41,781 nt of DNA, from IMG/VR virus record IMGVR_UViG_3300045988_102491, positions 1 through 41,781 of that record, one strand, 5' to 3'. Below the pieces are notes generated by a model. The model was not told the origin of the DNA. It did not search any database and saw nothing but the letters and a program-made list of their open reading frames with translations. Made by a program: the position numbers and the translations under genes. The DNA is from a virus. Of the stretch, positions 25,401 through 32,247 are shown one piece after another. How positions within the stretch are numbered: position 1 is the stretch's first letter; each line of letters begins with the position of its first letter.

Positions 25401-27840
25401 GTCTCTCGCGGACGCCTATTTGAGCGCACAGACCGATGCGGACCGGAAGGCAGCCTATGACCAGATCGTGCAGAGTATTGCAAATCAGATTCCGCCCACC
25501 TTTGCGGATAAGTGGAACGCCTGGAGATATATGTCCATGCTGGCAAACCCCCGGACCCATATCCGGAACATTGTTGGCAACCTTGGCTTTCAGCCGGTTC
25601 GAATCATAAAAGATGAATTGGCTGCGGCAATCGAGGGAGGTTGGGCTCTTACAGGACACGACATCGAACGAACCAAGGCGTTTATTGCAAATCCATCTCT
25701 TTATAAAGCTGCATGGAACGATTTCCTGAATGTAAAGGACTCTCTTTCTGGAAGCAAATACGGAGACGTGAGCAGCGAAATCAATGACCGCCGCCGCATT
25801 TTCAAGGCAAAGCCCCTGGAGCGTGTTCGGACAGGCAATTCCACTTTGCTGGAACTCGAAGATGTTGCTTTCAAGAGATTTACATACACGACCGCGCTCG
25901 CAAATTTCTTGCAGGCCAACGGCGTGACGGCGCAGCAGCTCTCCTCCGGTCAGATCGACACGAATCTTTTGGAGCGGGCCCGGGCCTATGCCGGTCAGCA
26001 GGCCTTGAAAGCAACCTATCAGGACCGGAACGCTGTTTCCGACAAAGTCGTTCAGCTGTCCAGAATGGCCGGACCGTTCGGAGAGGCAATCATGCCGTTC
26101 AAGCGAACCCCGGCCAATATCCTGGTTCGCGGCCTGGAGTACAGCCCTGCTGGTCTGGTGAAGTCCCTCACGGTTGACCTTGCAAAGGCAAAACAGGGTA
26201 AAATGACCGCGGCAGAAGTAATTGACAATGTGGCTGCTGGTCTAACTGGAACAGGACTTGTTGTTGCTGGAGTGATTACGTATTTGCTCGGATACGTGAC
26301 CGGCGGCGGTGGCGACGAGACGCAGGACGCGCTGGACGATCTGACCGGAAAGCAGAATTACGCTCTGAATCTCCCTGGCGGAGGCTCGATCACGCTGGAC
26401 TGGCTGGCCCCTGAGGCACTCCCGTTCTTCATGGGCGTCCGACTGGCCGAGTCCCTTGGAGAAGATGGCATAACCGGAGACGGAATGTTGTCTGTCCTTG
26501 GAGCCGTTGCGGAGCCGATGCTGCAAATGTCCATGCTCCAGTCCCTCAACGACTTGATCGACAGCGTGTCCTACGTGGACAGCGCCGGAAAAATTCCGGC
26601 CATCGCCGGGTCTGCACTGGTAAGCTACTTCTCCCAGGGCGTCCCGACTCTGTTCGGCCAGGTGGAGCGAAGCGCAGAGGATGTCCGTATGTCCACCTAT
26701 ACGGATAAGGGCAGCAAACTCCCGACGGATGTGCAGTATGCCCTTGGCCGGGCAAGCTCCCGCATCCCGGGCGCGGACTACCAGCAGATCCCCTATATCG
26801 ACGCATGGGGCAGGGAAGAGGAGAGCGGTGCACGCCCGCTGCGTATTTTCAACAACTTCCTCAACCCGGCCTATACCTCCACGGAAAACGTCACACCGGT
26901 GGACTCGGAGGCCCAGCGGCTCTATGACGCGCTGGGCGAGAGCGCCCGCATGGTTGTACCGAAGCGGGCGGAGAAATCCATCACTGTGGATGGAGAGACG
27001 GTCTATCTCGACGCGGATCAGTATGTGGAGTACGCCAAAAAGAAGGGCCAGACGGCCTATGATGTACTGAGCGCCATCATCCAGACGGACGCCTACCAGA
27101 ACATGAGTGACGCGGACAAGGTTTCCGTTTTCGAGGATGTCTACCAGTATGCAAACGACATCGGCAAGATGGCGGTCAGCAACTATAAACCGGAAGGCCT
27201 CACTGCAAAAATGCTCCAGACCGGCGTTTCTGCCGACAAGTACATGGTGTACTACCAGACGGCGGACGCCAACCGTGACGGGAATATTACACAGGGCGAA
27301 TCCGCAGCAGCCCTTCTACCAGTGGCCGGGCTCACGACGCAGGAGAAGGGGAAGATCTGGCAGAGTCAGAACAAGGACTGGAGCGCCGAGAAAAACCCGT
27401 TTACCGGATCGCTTGCAAACGCTGGAATTTCTCCCAACCTGGCAACCGAAATCATGAACCGGTACAGCGAGATCAATAGTGCTGCATACAGCGGAAGCTC
27501 CGTTTCCCGACAGAAGCAGACGGACCTCTCGAAATACCTGGATAGCCTCAACCTGAGCGAAAAGCAACGTGCTGTGGTGGATGATACCTATAAGTTCTAC
27601 ACCATGTTCCCAGCAAGCCCAATCCCGTACTCCGCCAACACCATGAGCGACGCCGCACAGGAGAAGTGGCCTATTGTACAGTCCTACGGAATGAGCGAAT
27701 CTGATTACCTGAAATATTACCCCATTGTATCCTCAAACGAGAAGGGGAAAACGAAGGAAACGAAGATTCGTGAACTGCAAGAGGCTGGCCTCTCTTACAA
27801 ACAAGCAAACGACTTCTGGAACATCGTGAAAAGCAAATAG
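22411..27840 (+). CDS. Giant (1809 aa) virion protein: tape-measure-like / ejection-type polyvalent protein
   Basis: Start placed at MSKLYALQES after GGAGG. It has an N-terminal Gly/Ala-rich segment (GAALLGAAEGLTDIIGSGFYAGLSGLTSLGG), a TM-like segment (AAGLTGTGLVVAGVITYLLGYV) and long helical regions. An EF-hand-type loop lies near the C-terminus. Confidence 0.7.
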   Translation: MSKLYALQESVTGQKFQQKEEKKQPPSFYRQKKQESVANAAARASRPKTLPTVTRVNKVDLQDERAAQNRARASTANQRMANLSAKQSGLLPLGSGERMEDVNSELSALRHEQDLVSQYNNDLSYQIKRGLGYGTERAGAALLGAAEGLTDIIGSGFYAGLSGLTSLGGLAPNPVSEWALDQGQAFLDNSVTRDWEKSIEERYKPTEAERKVTGIGQSVAQMLPAIGVSKAVGAAQAAPKAVSAAKGLLTGERVGQALFGLQAAGNAASQAKQEGANLGQSVAYGAASGLTESLIERVSGGIPGLGKGALDDVAARVASNPIVRNSLDILGEGGEEAVSAVLDPYLRRAMYDPDAKNATPQEIAEAAVTGAIAAGVLKGGIELPTAVGDTVSRVRTVRDSVGTNQDIAARVNASIAEGNGPFRPYEQNRTESKTDRVPGEYRAETPQNVEYPTVPIINLSMQNVADMNGGTLPASGNALRKQAISRARKNLGLDETGTIYIPASNVTRNGEEYILKITRSTLNKMLSPSNGGVVQPESLVVLDNIDRIANNGVYFKSEGDRKGRDQIAGYDHLMTTVYIDNQPYTVDMRVRVYDEKTGGGNTLYYFTPEEIITTKKVDADLPTGTLHERTMIQEAAPTSISTIPQNEVVGNSDNGSVMDETSVNPESSVGAASYGFDPYTNLQGRYGTIQPGENPARVVDVPSRTEDHNKVSLTARTVMEAVATPEAAVPVIAQMVVDGRFSHIPVSNAQRAEMAENRIQKTGYQDALANWRADVRSGKSSADITAMGAQLYNAAVNAGRTGEAMDILYDYTQAIRAGAQATQAARILKTLTPSGRLYMLQKEVNNLNDKLSEKQKKAAGKKQSVSAEDNVPVELWMQRVGETLADRLASRVNTPKETARTVAQTVLSDLQRYANETAPKALPTGKKRTEMDRIMDLFQNRTAYEEAWQAAKDTLSDQFEDNPEALAAFDEWLDSSLDYTKRLTKELTNQDAIVIDESLADAYLSAQTDADRKAAYDQIVQSIANQIPPTFADKWNAWRYMSMLANPRTHIRNIVGNLGFQPVRIIKDELAAAIEGGWALTGHDIERTKAFIANPSLYKAAWNDFLNVKDSLSGSKYGDVSSEINDRRRIFKAKPLERVRTGNSTLLELEDVAFKRFTYTTALANFLQANGVTAQQLSSGQIDTNLLERARAYAGQQALKATYQDRNAVSDKVVQLSRMAGPFGEAIMPFKRTPANILVRGLEYSPAGLVKSLTVDLAKAKQGKMTAAEVIDNVAAGLTGTGLVVAGVITYLLGYVTGGGGDETQDALDDLTGKQNYALNLPGGGSITLDWLAPEALPFFMGVRLAESLGEDGITGDGMLSVLGAVAEPMLQMSMLQSLNDLIDSVSYVDSAGKIPAIAGSALVSYFSQGVPTLFGQVERSAEDVRMSTYTDKGSKLPTDVQYALGRASSRIPGADYQQIPYIDAWGREEESGARPLRIFNNFLNPAYTSTENVTPVDSEAQRLYDALGESARMVVPKRAEKSITVDGETVYLDADQYVEYAKKKGQTAYDVLSAIIQTDAYQNMSDADKVSVFEDVYQYANDIGKMAVSNYKPEGLTAKMLQTGVSADKYMVYYQTADANRDGNITQGESAAALLPVAGLTTQEKGKIWQSQNKDWSAEKNPFTGSLANAGISPNLATEIMNRYSEINSAAYSGSSVSRQKQTDLSKYLDSLNLSEKQRAVVDDTYKFYTMFPASPIPYSANTMSDAAQEKWPIVQSYGMSESDYLKYYPIVSSNEKGKTKETKIRELQEAGLSYKQANDFWNIVKSK

Positions 27841-27849
27841 GAGGTACTT

Positions 27850-28116
27850 ATGGAAAATTTGGGTATTGCAAGCGTGGCGGCGATCACTGTGATCTGCTAT
27901 CTGGTCGGCCTCGGAGTAAAGCTGACCCCGTTTGACAACAACAACCTTATCCCCGTGGTATGCGGAACGGTTGGCGCACTTCTCGGTGCCCTTTGCCTGT
28001 ATCTCGGCGTCCCCGAGTTCCCGGCCACCGACATCGTGACCGCCATTGCGGTCGGCATTGTCTCTGGCCTGGCCGCAACCGGCGTCAATCAGGCCATTAA
28101 GCAGATGAAGGGTTGA
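27850..28116 (+). CDS. Holin (Hol44 / holin superfamily V-like)
   Basis: 88 aa with 2-3 TM segments and a C-terminal IVSGLAATGVNQAIKQMKG, typical of this holin family. Confidence 0.65.
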   Translation: MENLGIASVAAITVICYLVGLGVKLTPFDNNNLIPVVCGTVGALLGALCLYLGVPEFPATDIVTAIAVGIVSGLAATGVNQAIKQMKG

Positions 28117-28418
28117 TGCCTATGGACAGAGCTCCCGTTACATTGGAGACACTGGCTGTCCGGATGGCCGCCGTTGAGCAGGCAATCCAAAAAAACAGCG
28201 AGGACCATGGGAAAATCTATGCCAGGTTGGAACACGGAGAGCAGGGGCAGGCTGTGATCCAGACGAACCTCACAAATATCACGACCGTCTGCAATGAGAT
28301 AAAGGCGGACGTGAAAGACATCAAGGACAAGCCCGCAAAGCGCTATGACGGACTGGTCAATGCGGTCCTCCAATGGGCCGTGATTGCCCTTCTGAGCGCA
28401 AAGTCTTTCCTGGGGTGA
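28116..28418 (+). CDS. XhlA-like lysis-associated membrane protein
   Basis: The start ATG overlaps the holin stop (TGATG). It has N-terminal coiled-coil character (LAVRMAAVEQAIQKNSEDHGKIYARLE) and a C-terminal TM segment (AVLQWAVIALLSA). Confidence 0.5.
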   Translation: MPMDRAPVTLETLAVRMAAVEQAIQKNSEDHGKIYARLEHGEQGQAVIQTNLTNITTVCNEIKADVKDIKDKPAKRYDGLVNAVLQWAVIALLSAKSFLG

Positions 28419-28422
28419 TTGA

Positions 28423-28794
28423 ATGGAAAACGAAAAAGACACTGTTCTCTCCGTCCAGAACGAGGCACTTGGAGCGGCCGCTGAGCATATCAGAGGCCAG
28501 CGAAAAGCAAGAGCAGACTTGCGCGTACTTGCATACTGTCTGACGGCCATCCTGTGCGTCTCTCTAGTGTGTGGAACGGTGTGGGGGTGCTACTCCATAC
28601 ACGAACAGCAAAAGACCATCCTGGAGCAGCAGTACGCACTTAATATGCAGTACGCAAGTCTCATGGAATATGTGGCTGGTGCAGAAATTGAAACAACCAC
28701 AAACACGGCTTCTGCGGACGGCAGAGGGACTGCCGTGGCAGGAGATGGAAATACCACGGTAGTGGGAGGGGGTGACCTGAATGGCGACAGCTAA
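28423..28794 (+). CDS. Membrane-anchored hypothetical protein of the lysis cassette
   Basis: 123 aa with a single TM segment (LAYCLTAILCVSLVCGTVWGCY) and a Gly/Thr-rich tail. Confidence 0.5.
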   Translation: MENEKDTVLSVQNEALGAAAEHIRGQRKARADLRVLAYCLTAILCVSLVCGTVWGCYSIHEQQKTILEQQYALNMQYASLMEYVAGAEIETTTNTASADGRGTAVAGDGNTTVVGGGDLNGDS

Positions 28795-28894
28795 GAGCAC
28801 TAAGACGGTCGTGCGTGGTGGCGGTACCAATTCCACCAAAAGCGGAACAAAGCCTTGCCCCCGCTGCGGTGGAACCGGCAGAGTGAAGGGCTGA
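28781..28894 (+). CDS. Candidate 37-aa mini-protein with a CxxCxGxG motif
   Basis: GGGAGGGGG RBS is present. My translation is MATAKSTKTVVRGGGTNSTKSGTKPCPRCGGTGRVKG. It is below the ORF-track cutoff. Confidence 0.35.
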   Translation: MATAKSTKTVVRGGGTNSTKSGTKPCPRCGGTGRVKG

Positions 28895-28897
28895 TTT

Positions 28898-29155
28898 ATG
28901 GAAGAAGAGAAAGTGGTCCGGTTTCTTCGCTGCCCAGCTGCATCACTTGTTGATCTCGCTGTACAGATGGCAAACCTTACATGGAAAGAGGAGCTTGCCA
29001 TAGAACTGTGCGGTAGAAAAGCTATGACACAGGACCGGGCCGCTGAAAAGTCCGGTTATAGCGTGGACGCGATGCAAAAATGGTATCGATCCGGAATGAA
29101 AAAACTCTCTTCCGCCTGGGGCGGTCTCTGGTGGGTACAGAAACTTACAGAATAA
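28898..29155 (+). CDS. Small sigma-70 region-4-like / HTH regulator
   Basis: 85 aa. ELCGRKAMTQDRAAEKSGYSVDAMQKWYRSGMKKL resembles a region-4 HTH. Confidence 0.4.
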   Translation: MEEEKVVRFLRCPAASLVDLAVQMANLTWKEELAIELCGRKAMTQDRAAEKSGYSVDAMQKWYRSGMKKLSSAWGGLWWVQKLTE

Positions 29156-29183
29156 AAGCAGGGCCACACGGCCCTGCTTTTTT
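29154..29183 (+). terminator. Intrinsic terminator ending the late operon
   Basis: aaaagcagggcc-acac-ggccctgctttttt. Confidence 0.8.
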
Positions 29184-29261
29184 ACGGAAACAAAACGGAT
29201 ATGGTCGGTGTGGTTTTTTCCCGAAATCAGGTATCGTTGAATTACGGGGGACGCTCCAAAG

Positions 29262-29295
29262 AAAAGGGCCATGCGCGTCTACGCATGGCCTTTTT
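29262..29295 (+). terminator. Second hairpin plus T-run upstream of the moron gene (terminator or attenuator)
   Basis: ggccatgcg-cgtcta-cgcatggcc (29267..29290) followed by ttttt. Confidence 0.6.
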
Positions 29296-29329
29296 CTGTC
29301 TCTTGAATTCAAAAAAGGAGTGTGTACAC

Positions 29330-29833
29330 ATGGCTGAATTTGCAAGTAAAGGCGTTGCTGGTGCTGGCCTCGGTCTCGGCATTGCTGGTACCGCGCTCGG
29401 TCTGATGAACGGCGGCTTTGGCCTCCTGGGCGGCTGCAACAGCGGCTGGAACGGGGGAGGCTGTTGCTCTGAGAACACCCCGGTAAACCGCTATGAGCTC
29501 AACCTTTCTCAGGCGCTGGCCTCCAAGGACACTCGTATCGGTCTGCTGGAATCTCAGGTCTATGTCGATCAGAAGCTCACCGACGTGGTGAAGGACTATA
29601 CCGGTCAGATCAACGCTCTGGCTGCCGAGGTTCGCGCCAACAAGGACAACCAGACCGACATCAATCGGGAGCAGGCCGTCTACAATGGCGTCAACACTGC
29701 TACCATCAGCTGTCTGAAGGGGCAGATCGATTGCCTCATGGGTCTTACCAAACTGGTCGTGCCCAACGCCAGCGTCTGTCCCGGCTGGGGCAACGTTACT
29801 ATTGCCCCTGCCACGACTCCGGCCACTGCCTGA
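29330..29833 (+). CDS. Moron-like 167-aa protein: Gly-rich hydrophobic N-terminus, Cys cluster, coiled coil, Cys-containing C-terminus
   Basis: Start placed at M44 of the track ORF (MAEFASKGVAGAGLGLGIAGTALGLMNGGFGLLGGCNSGWNGGGCCSEN...) with AAAGGAG RBS. It is bracketed by hairpin terminators. Confidence 0.6.
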   Translation: MAEFASKGVAGAGLGLGIAGTALGLMNGGFGLLGGCNSGWNGGGCCSENTPVNRYELNLSQALASKDTRIGLLESQVYVDQKLTDVVKDYTGQINALAAEVRANKDNQTDINREQAVYNGVNTATISCLKGQIDCLMGLTKLVVPNASVCPGWGNVTIAPATTPATA

Positions 29834-29885
29834 AAGCCGGTTCAGCCGGTATCATTGACGGCTGAGAAACCGAAAAGGCGAACCA

Positions 29886-29916
29886 AAAAGGGGAGGGGGT
29901 AACTCCTCCCCCTTTT
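29886..29916 (+). terminator. Imperfect hairpin plus T-run after the moron gene
   Basis: aaaaggggaggggg-taac-tcctcccccttttg, with one bulge. Confidence 0.5.
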
Positions 29917-29935
29917 GCTTGAAAGGAGTATTTTT

Positions 29936-30280
29936 GTGGTAACTGTAAATCAAGTACAGGCCGGTGTAACACGGTTTATTGATACGGATATTCTCCCTCA
30001 CCTGACCGGCGTGAAAAAAATCGGTCTCGGCATCTACTCCGCCCTGGCGGCGCAGAATGTGACCGGCATGGTCATGAAATACAAAGACCATCCTGCGATT
30101 GAGGTTTTAAATGTGGTTGACAAGGAAGGGAACGTGGACATTGACCGCCTCTATCAGGCAGCGGCCCCGATGTTCGCAAACGGCGAACGGCACACGATCA
30201 CCATTCCCTTGGTCGGAGACATGACCGTAGACAAAACGGACCTGGAGAAACTGTACCGATACGTGAAGGAGGGCATATAG
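29936..30280 (+). CDS. Hypothetical protein (114 aa)
   Basis: GTG start 7 nt after AAGGAG. The track ORF opens at 29915. No family recognised. Confidence 0.5.
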   Translation: MVTVNQVQAGVTRFIDTDILPHLTGVKKIGLGIYSALAAQNVTGMVMKYKDHPAIEVLNVVDKEGNVDIDRLYQAAAPMFANGERHTITIPLVGDMTVDKTDLEKLYRYVKEGI

Positions 30281-30588
30281 TGAAAAAGATCGCAATGATC
30301 GTCGAGGACATCCGGGAGGAGCTCAGAGGTGCTGAGCACTACGCCAAGCTGGCGACTCAGTACAAAATGGATGACGTTGATCTTGCCGACGCATACGCCT
30401 CCATGGCCTCGCAGGAGCTCTCTCATGTTGACTCTCTGCACTCCCAGGTCGTGCGTGTCATCAAAAAGCACAGGGCAGAGGGGAATATCCCTCCGGCTGG
30501 CATGATGGAAGTCTGGAATTTCGAGCATGAGCGCATGGTTGACAGCGTCGCTAAAGTCAAGATGCTTCTAGAAATGTACAAGAAATAA
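30280..30588 (+). CDS. Hypothetical helical protein (ferritin-like four-helix-bundle character?)
   Basis: GTG start 6 nt after GAAGGAGGG. EELRGAEHYAKLA and SQELSHVDSLH resemble rubrerythrin/ferritin-like helices, but the call is weak. Confidence 0.4.
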   Translation: MKKIAMIVEDIREELRGAEHYAKLATQYKMDDVDLADAYASMASQELSHVDSLHSQVVRVIKKHRAEGNIPPAGMMEVWNFEHERMVDSVAKVKMLLEMYKK

Positions 30589-30591
30589 AAA

Positions 30592-30620
30592 AGAGGGGGA
30601 ATCAATCCCCCTCTTTTTCT
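30592..30620. terminator. Bidirectional terminator shared by the convergent late (+) and early (-) transcription units
   Basis: agaggggga-atcaa-tccccctct with a T-run on the plus strand and an A-run upstream. The sigma gene stop codon lies in the loop. Confidence 0.75.
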
Positions 30621-31078
30621 TTTTGCAGCTCTGCCCATGCTTTTTTTGCGATACGGTCTATGGTCCTCTTTGACACACCCAGCTTGTCCGCGATCTGCTC
30701 CTTTGTTTTGCCACGGAGAAGGGAGTGGAGGACTATGTACTCTCGGCTGCGCCTTGCAAAAGCCGACCGGATTCTCTTTTCCAAATCCTCTTTGCTGTCC
30801 GCCTCTTCCGTTTCTGCTTCTGCATAATCCTCTGTCAACTCTTCCTGTGGCTTTGGCTGCCTGCGTAGGTAATCGATGATATTGTGTCGGATGCAGGTAT
30901 TTGCCAACGGCTCAAACGGTCGGTTTCCGTCCCAACGCTGTGCAGCTTCCCAAAGACCGATCAGGCCGCTCTGGAGTGCGTCGTCATCCTCTGCGCAGTT
31001 TGGTGATACAGACCTTGCCACTCTGTCTACCAGCGGCCTGTATCGCTCTACCATGGAATCGCTTTCTGATTTCTTCAA
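30602..31078 (-). CDS. Sigma-70 family (ECF-like) RNA polymerase sigma factor
   Basis: 158 aa. Region 2-like sequence is LQSGLIGLWEAAQRWDGNRPFEPLANTCIRHNIIDYLRR. Region 4 HTH is GKTKEQIADKLGVSKRTIDRIAKKA. TTG start. Confidence 0.75.
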   Translation of the reverse strand: MKKSESDSMVERYRPLVDRVARSVSPNCAEDDDALQSGLIGLWEAAQRWDGNRPFEPLANTCIRHNIIDYLRRQPKPQEELTEDYAEAETEEADSKEDLEKRIRSAFARRSREYIVLHSLLRGKTKEQIADKLGVSKRTIDRIAKKAWAELQKEKEGD

Positions 31079-31082
31079 TCTC

Positions 31083-31339
31083 TCACCCAGCCCGGAACAT
31101 CGGGCACTTCTTTACATGATATGTGCCTATCTTCACATACACGTTTTTCTTTTCAATCCACCGACTGACCAAGATTTCGTCTTTTTTACGCTCCACCCAG
31201 GCACCGGCTGAAAGGACCGGCTCCATGGGCACCCCCTTGATCCGTCGGAGGATGGAACGGCATTGGCACATTGCCAGCAGATGGTTTCAGTGATTCGAAC
31301 AGGTTTTCCCACGCCCTTCCTCCTCCATTTCCACCGCAA
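31083..31339 (-). CDS. Cys-rich small protein encoded in two overlapping frames; candidate -1 frameshift at A_AAA_AAG (31187..31181)
   Basis: The zero frame is 31339 (or GTG 31312 after GGAGGAGG)..31133. The -1 frame is open 31271..31083. A fused product of about 85 aa would carry ICWQC, GCPW and KKCPMF cysteines. Confidence 0.4.
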
Positions 31340-31736
31340 AAGCCAGTCTGCAAAGTGCGTGGCTTAAATGATCGTTGCTCTCGTCTCCGGCCAGCCACGC
31401 AAAGATATGTGTCAGTGCTCTTCCTACGTGCTCCTTGGCCGGAATCAGCTTGTAGTTGTTCTCTGGATACCCGTGAACTTCTCCGGCCTCATATCGCACT
31501 CTGGACATTGCCAGCATAGCTCTCGGCGGAAGCCACTCGGACCGGTACGGCCTATGGTGCTGCTTTCCGCCGCTCTCATTTGTGGTGATGGCGGTTTCTT
31601 TTGCAAGGCCGGATGTTGTTTCCGATGGTTCCCACATAGACGGAATAGATAGTGTGCCATCTTTGTTTTTTCTCTGTACACATTCTGCGCATTTAAAAGT
31701 TCCATCGTTTGCGCAGTTTATACAATTCTTCTCCAA
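31287..31736 (-). CDS. Zinc-ribbon plus DUF5664 / dATP-dGTP diphosphohydrolase-N-terminal-like domain protein
   Basis: TTG start after AAGGAG. The N-terminus holds CINC...CAEC. The C-domain [78 protein letters not shown] fits that family as I recall it. Confidence 0.55.
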   Translation of the reverse strand: MEKNCINCANDGTFKCAECVQRKNKDGTLSIPSMWEPSETTSGLAKETAITTNESGGKQHHRPYRSEWLPPRAMLAMSRVRYEAGEVHGYPENNYKLIPAKEHVGRALTHIFAWLAGDESNDHLSHALCRLAFAVEMEEEGRGKTCSNH

Positions 31737-31872
31737 TTTACTAACTCCTTTGCAAGTTTGTTAGTTTCCGCCCTAATTCTGCAAAGTCATTTACAAAATG
31801 AGGGCGTTTTTGATGATGAGTCAGCGTTCGCCGTAACTGCAAAAGTCGTCCGGCTTAACTGGATAGTCCATG

Positions 31873-32247
31873 TCAGTCCTCCTCTGCTGGCTGGTGGAGT
31901 CTCTCGAAGTAAAACACAACCTTATGCGGTTTCGGCTCTACAAGGCCAAACCGAACAGCGTTTTTGTATGTCACGCTGTCCCGCATAAGAACATCTGGCA
32001 TGGCTTCCACCATTTTGCGGAAGCCTTCCAATGTGGATCGGCTCTTGTAATGGTTGCAGCTCCGGCAGGCCGGTAGCATATTGTCAAGAGTGTCGCTTCC
32101 TTTCTCGCTCCATCCGTTTATAGGAACAACATGGTCAACCTGCATATCTTCAAATCTAAGATCACATCCACAGTACGCACAACACCCTCCGGTTTTGCTG
32201 TAAATCTCCATGCGCTCGAGTCTCGATAGGCGTCTGCGTTCAGCCAT
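31873..32247 (-). CDS. HNH endonuclease
   Basis: CAYCGCDLRFEDMQVDHVVPINGWSEKGSDTLDNMLPACRSCNHYK is a classic HNH (CxxC...DH...N...CxxCN) motif. Confidence 0.85.
   Translation of the reverse strand: MAERRRLSRLERMEIYSKTGGCCAYCGCDLRFEDMQVDHVVPINGWSEKGSDTLDNMLPACRSCNHYKSRSTLEGFRKMVEAMPDVLMRDSVTYKNAVRFGLVEPKPHKVVFYFERLHQPAEED

Noticed and set aside
31737-31872. 16-codon ORF (MDYPVKPDDFCSYGER) overlapping the HNH stop, and a weak cgccct/agggcg hairpin in the 130-bp gap
   Set aside because: The ORF is too short to support without conservation data. The hairpin has a 28-nt loop and no T-run, so neither is called as a feature.
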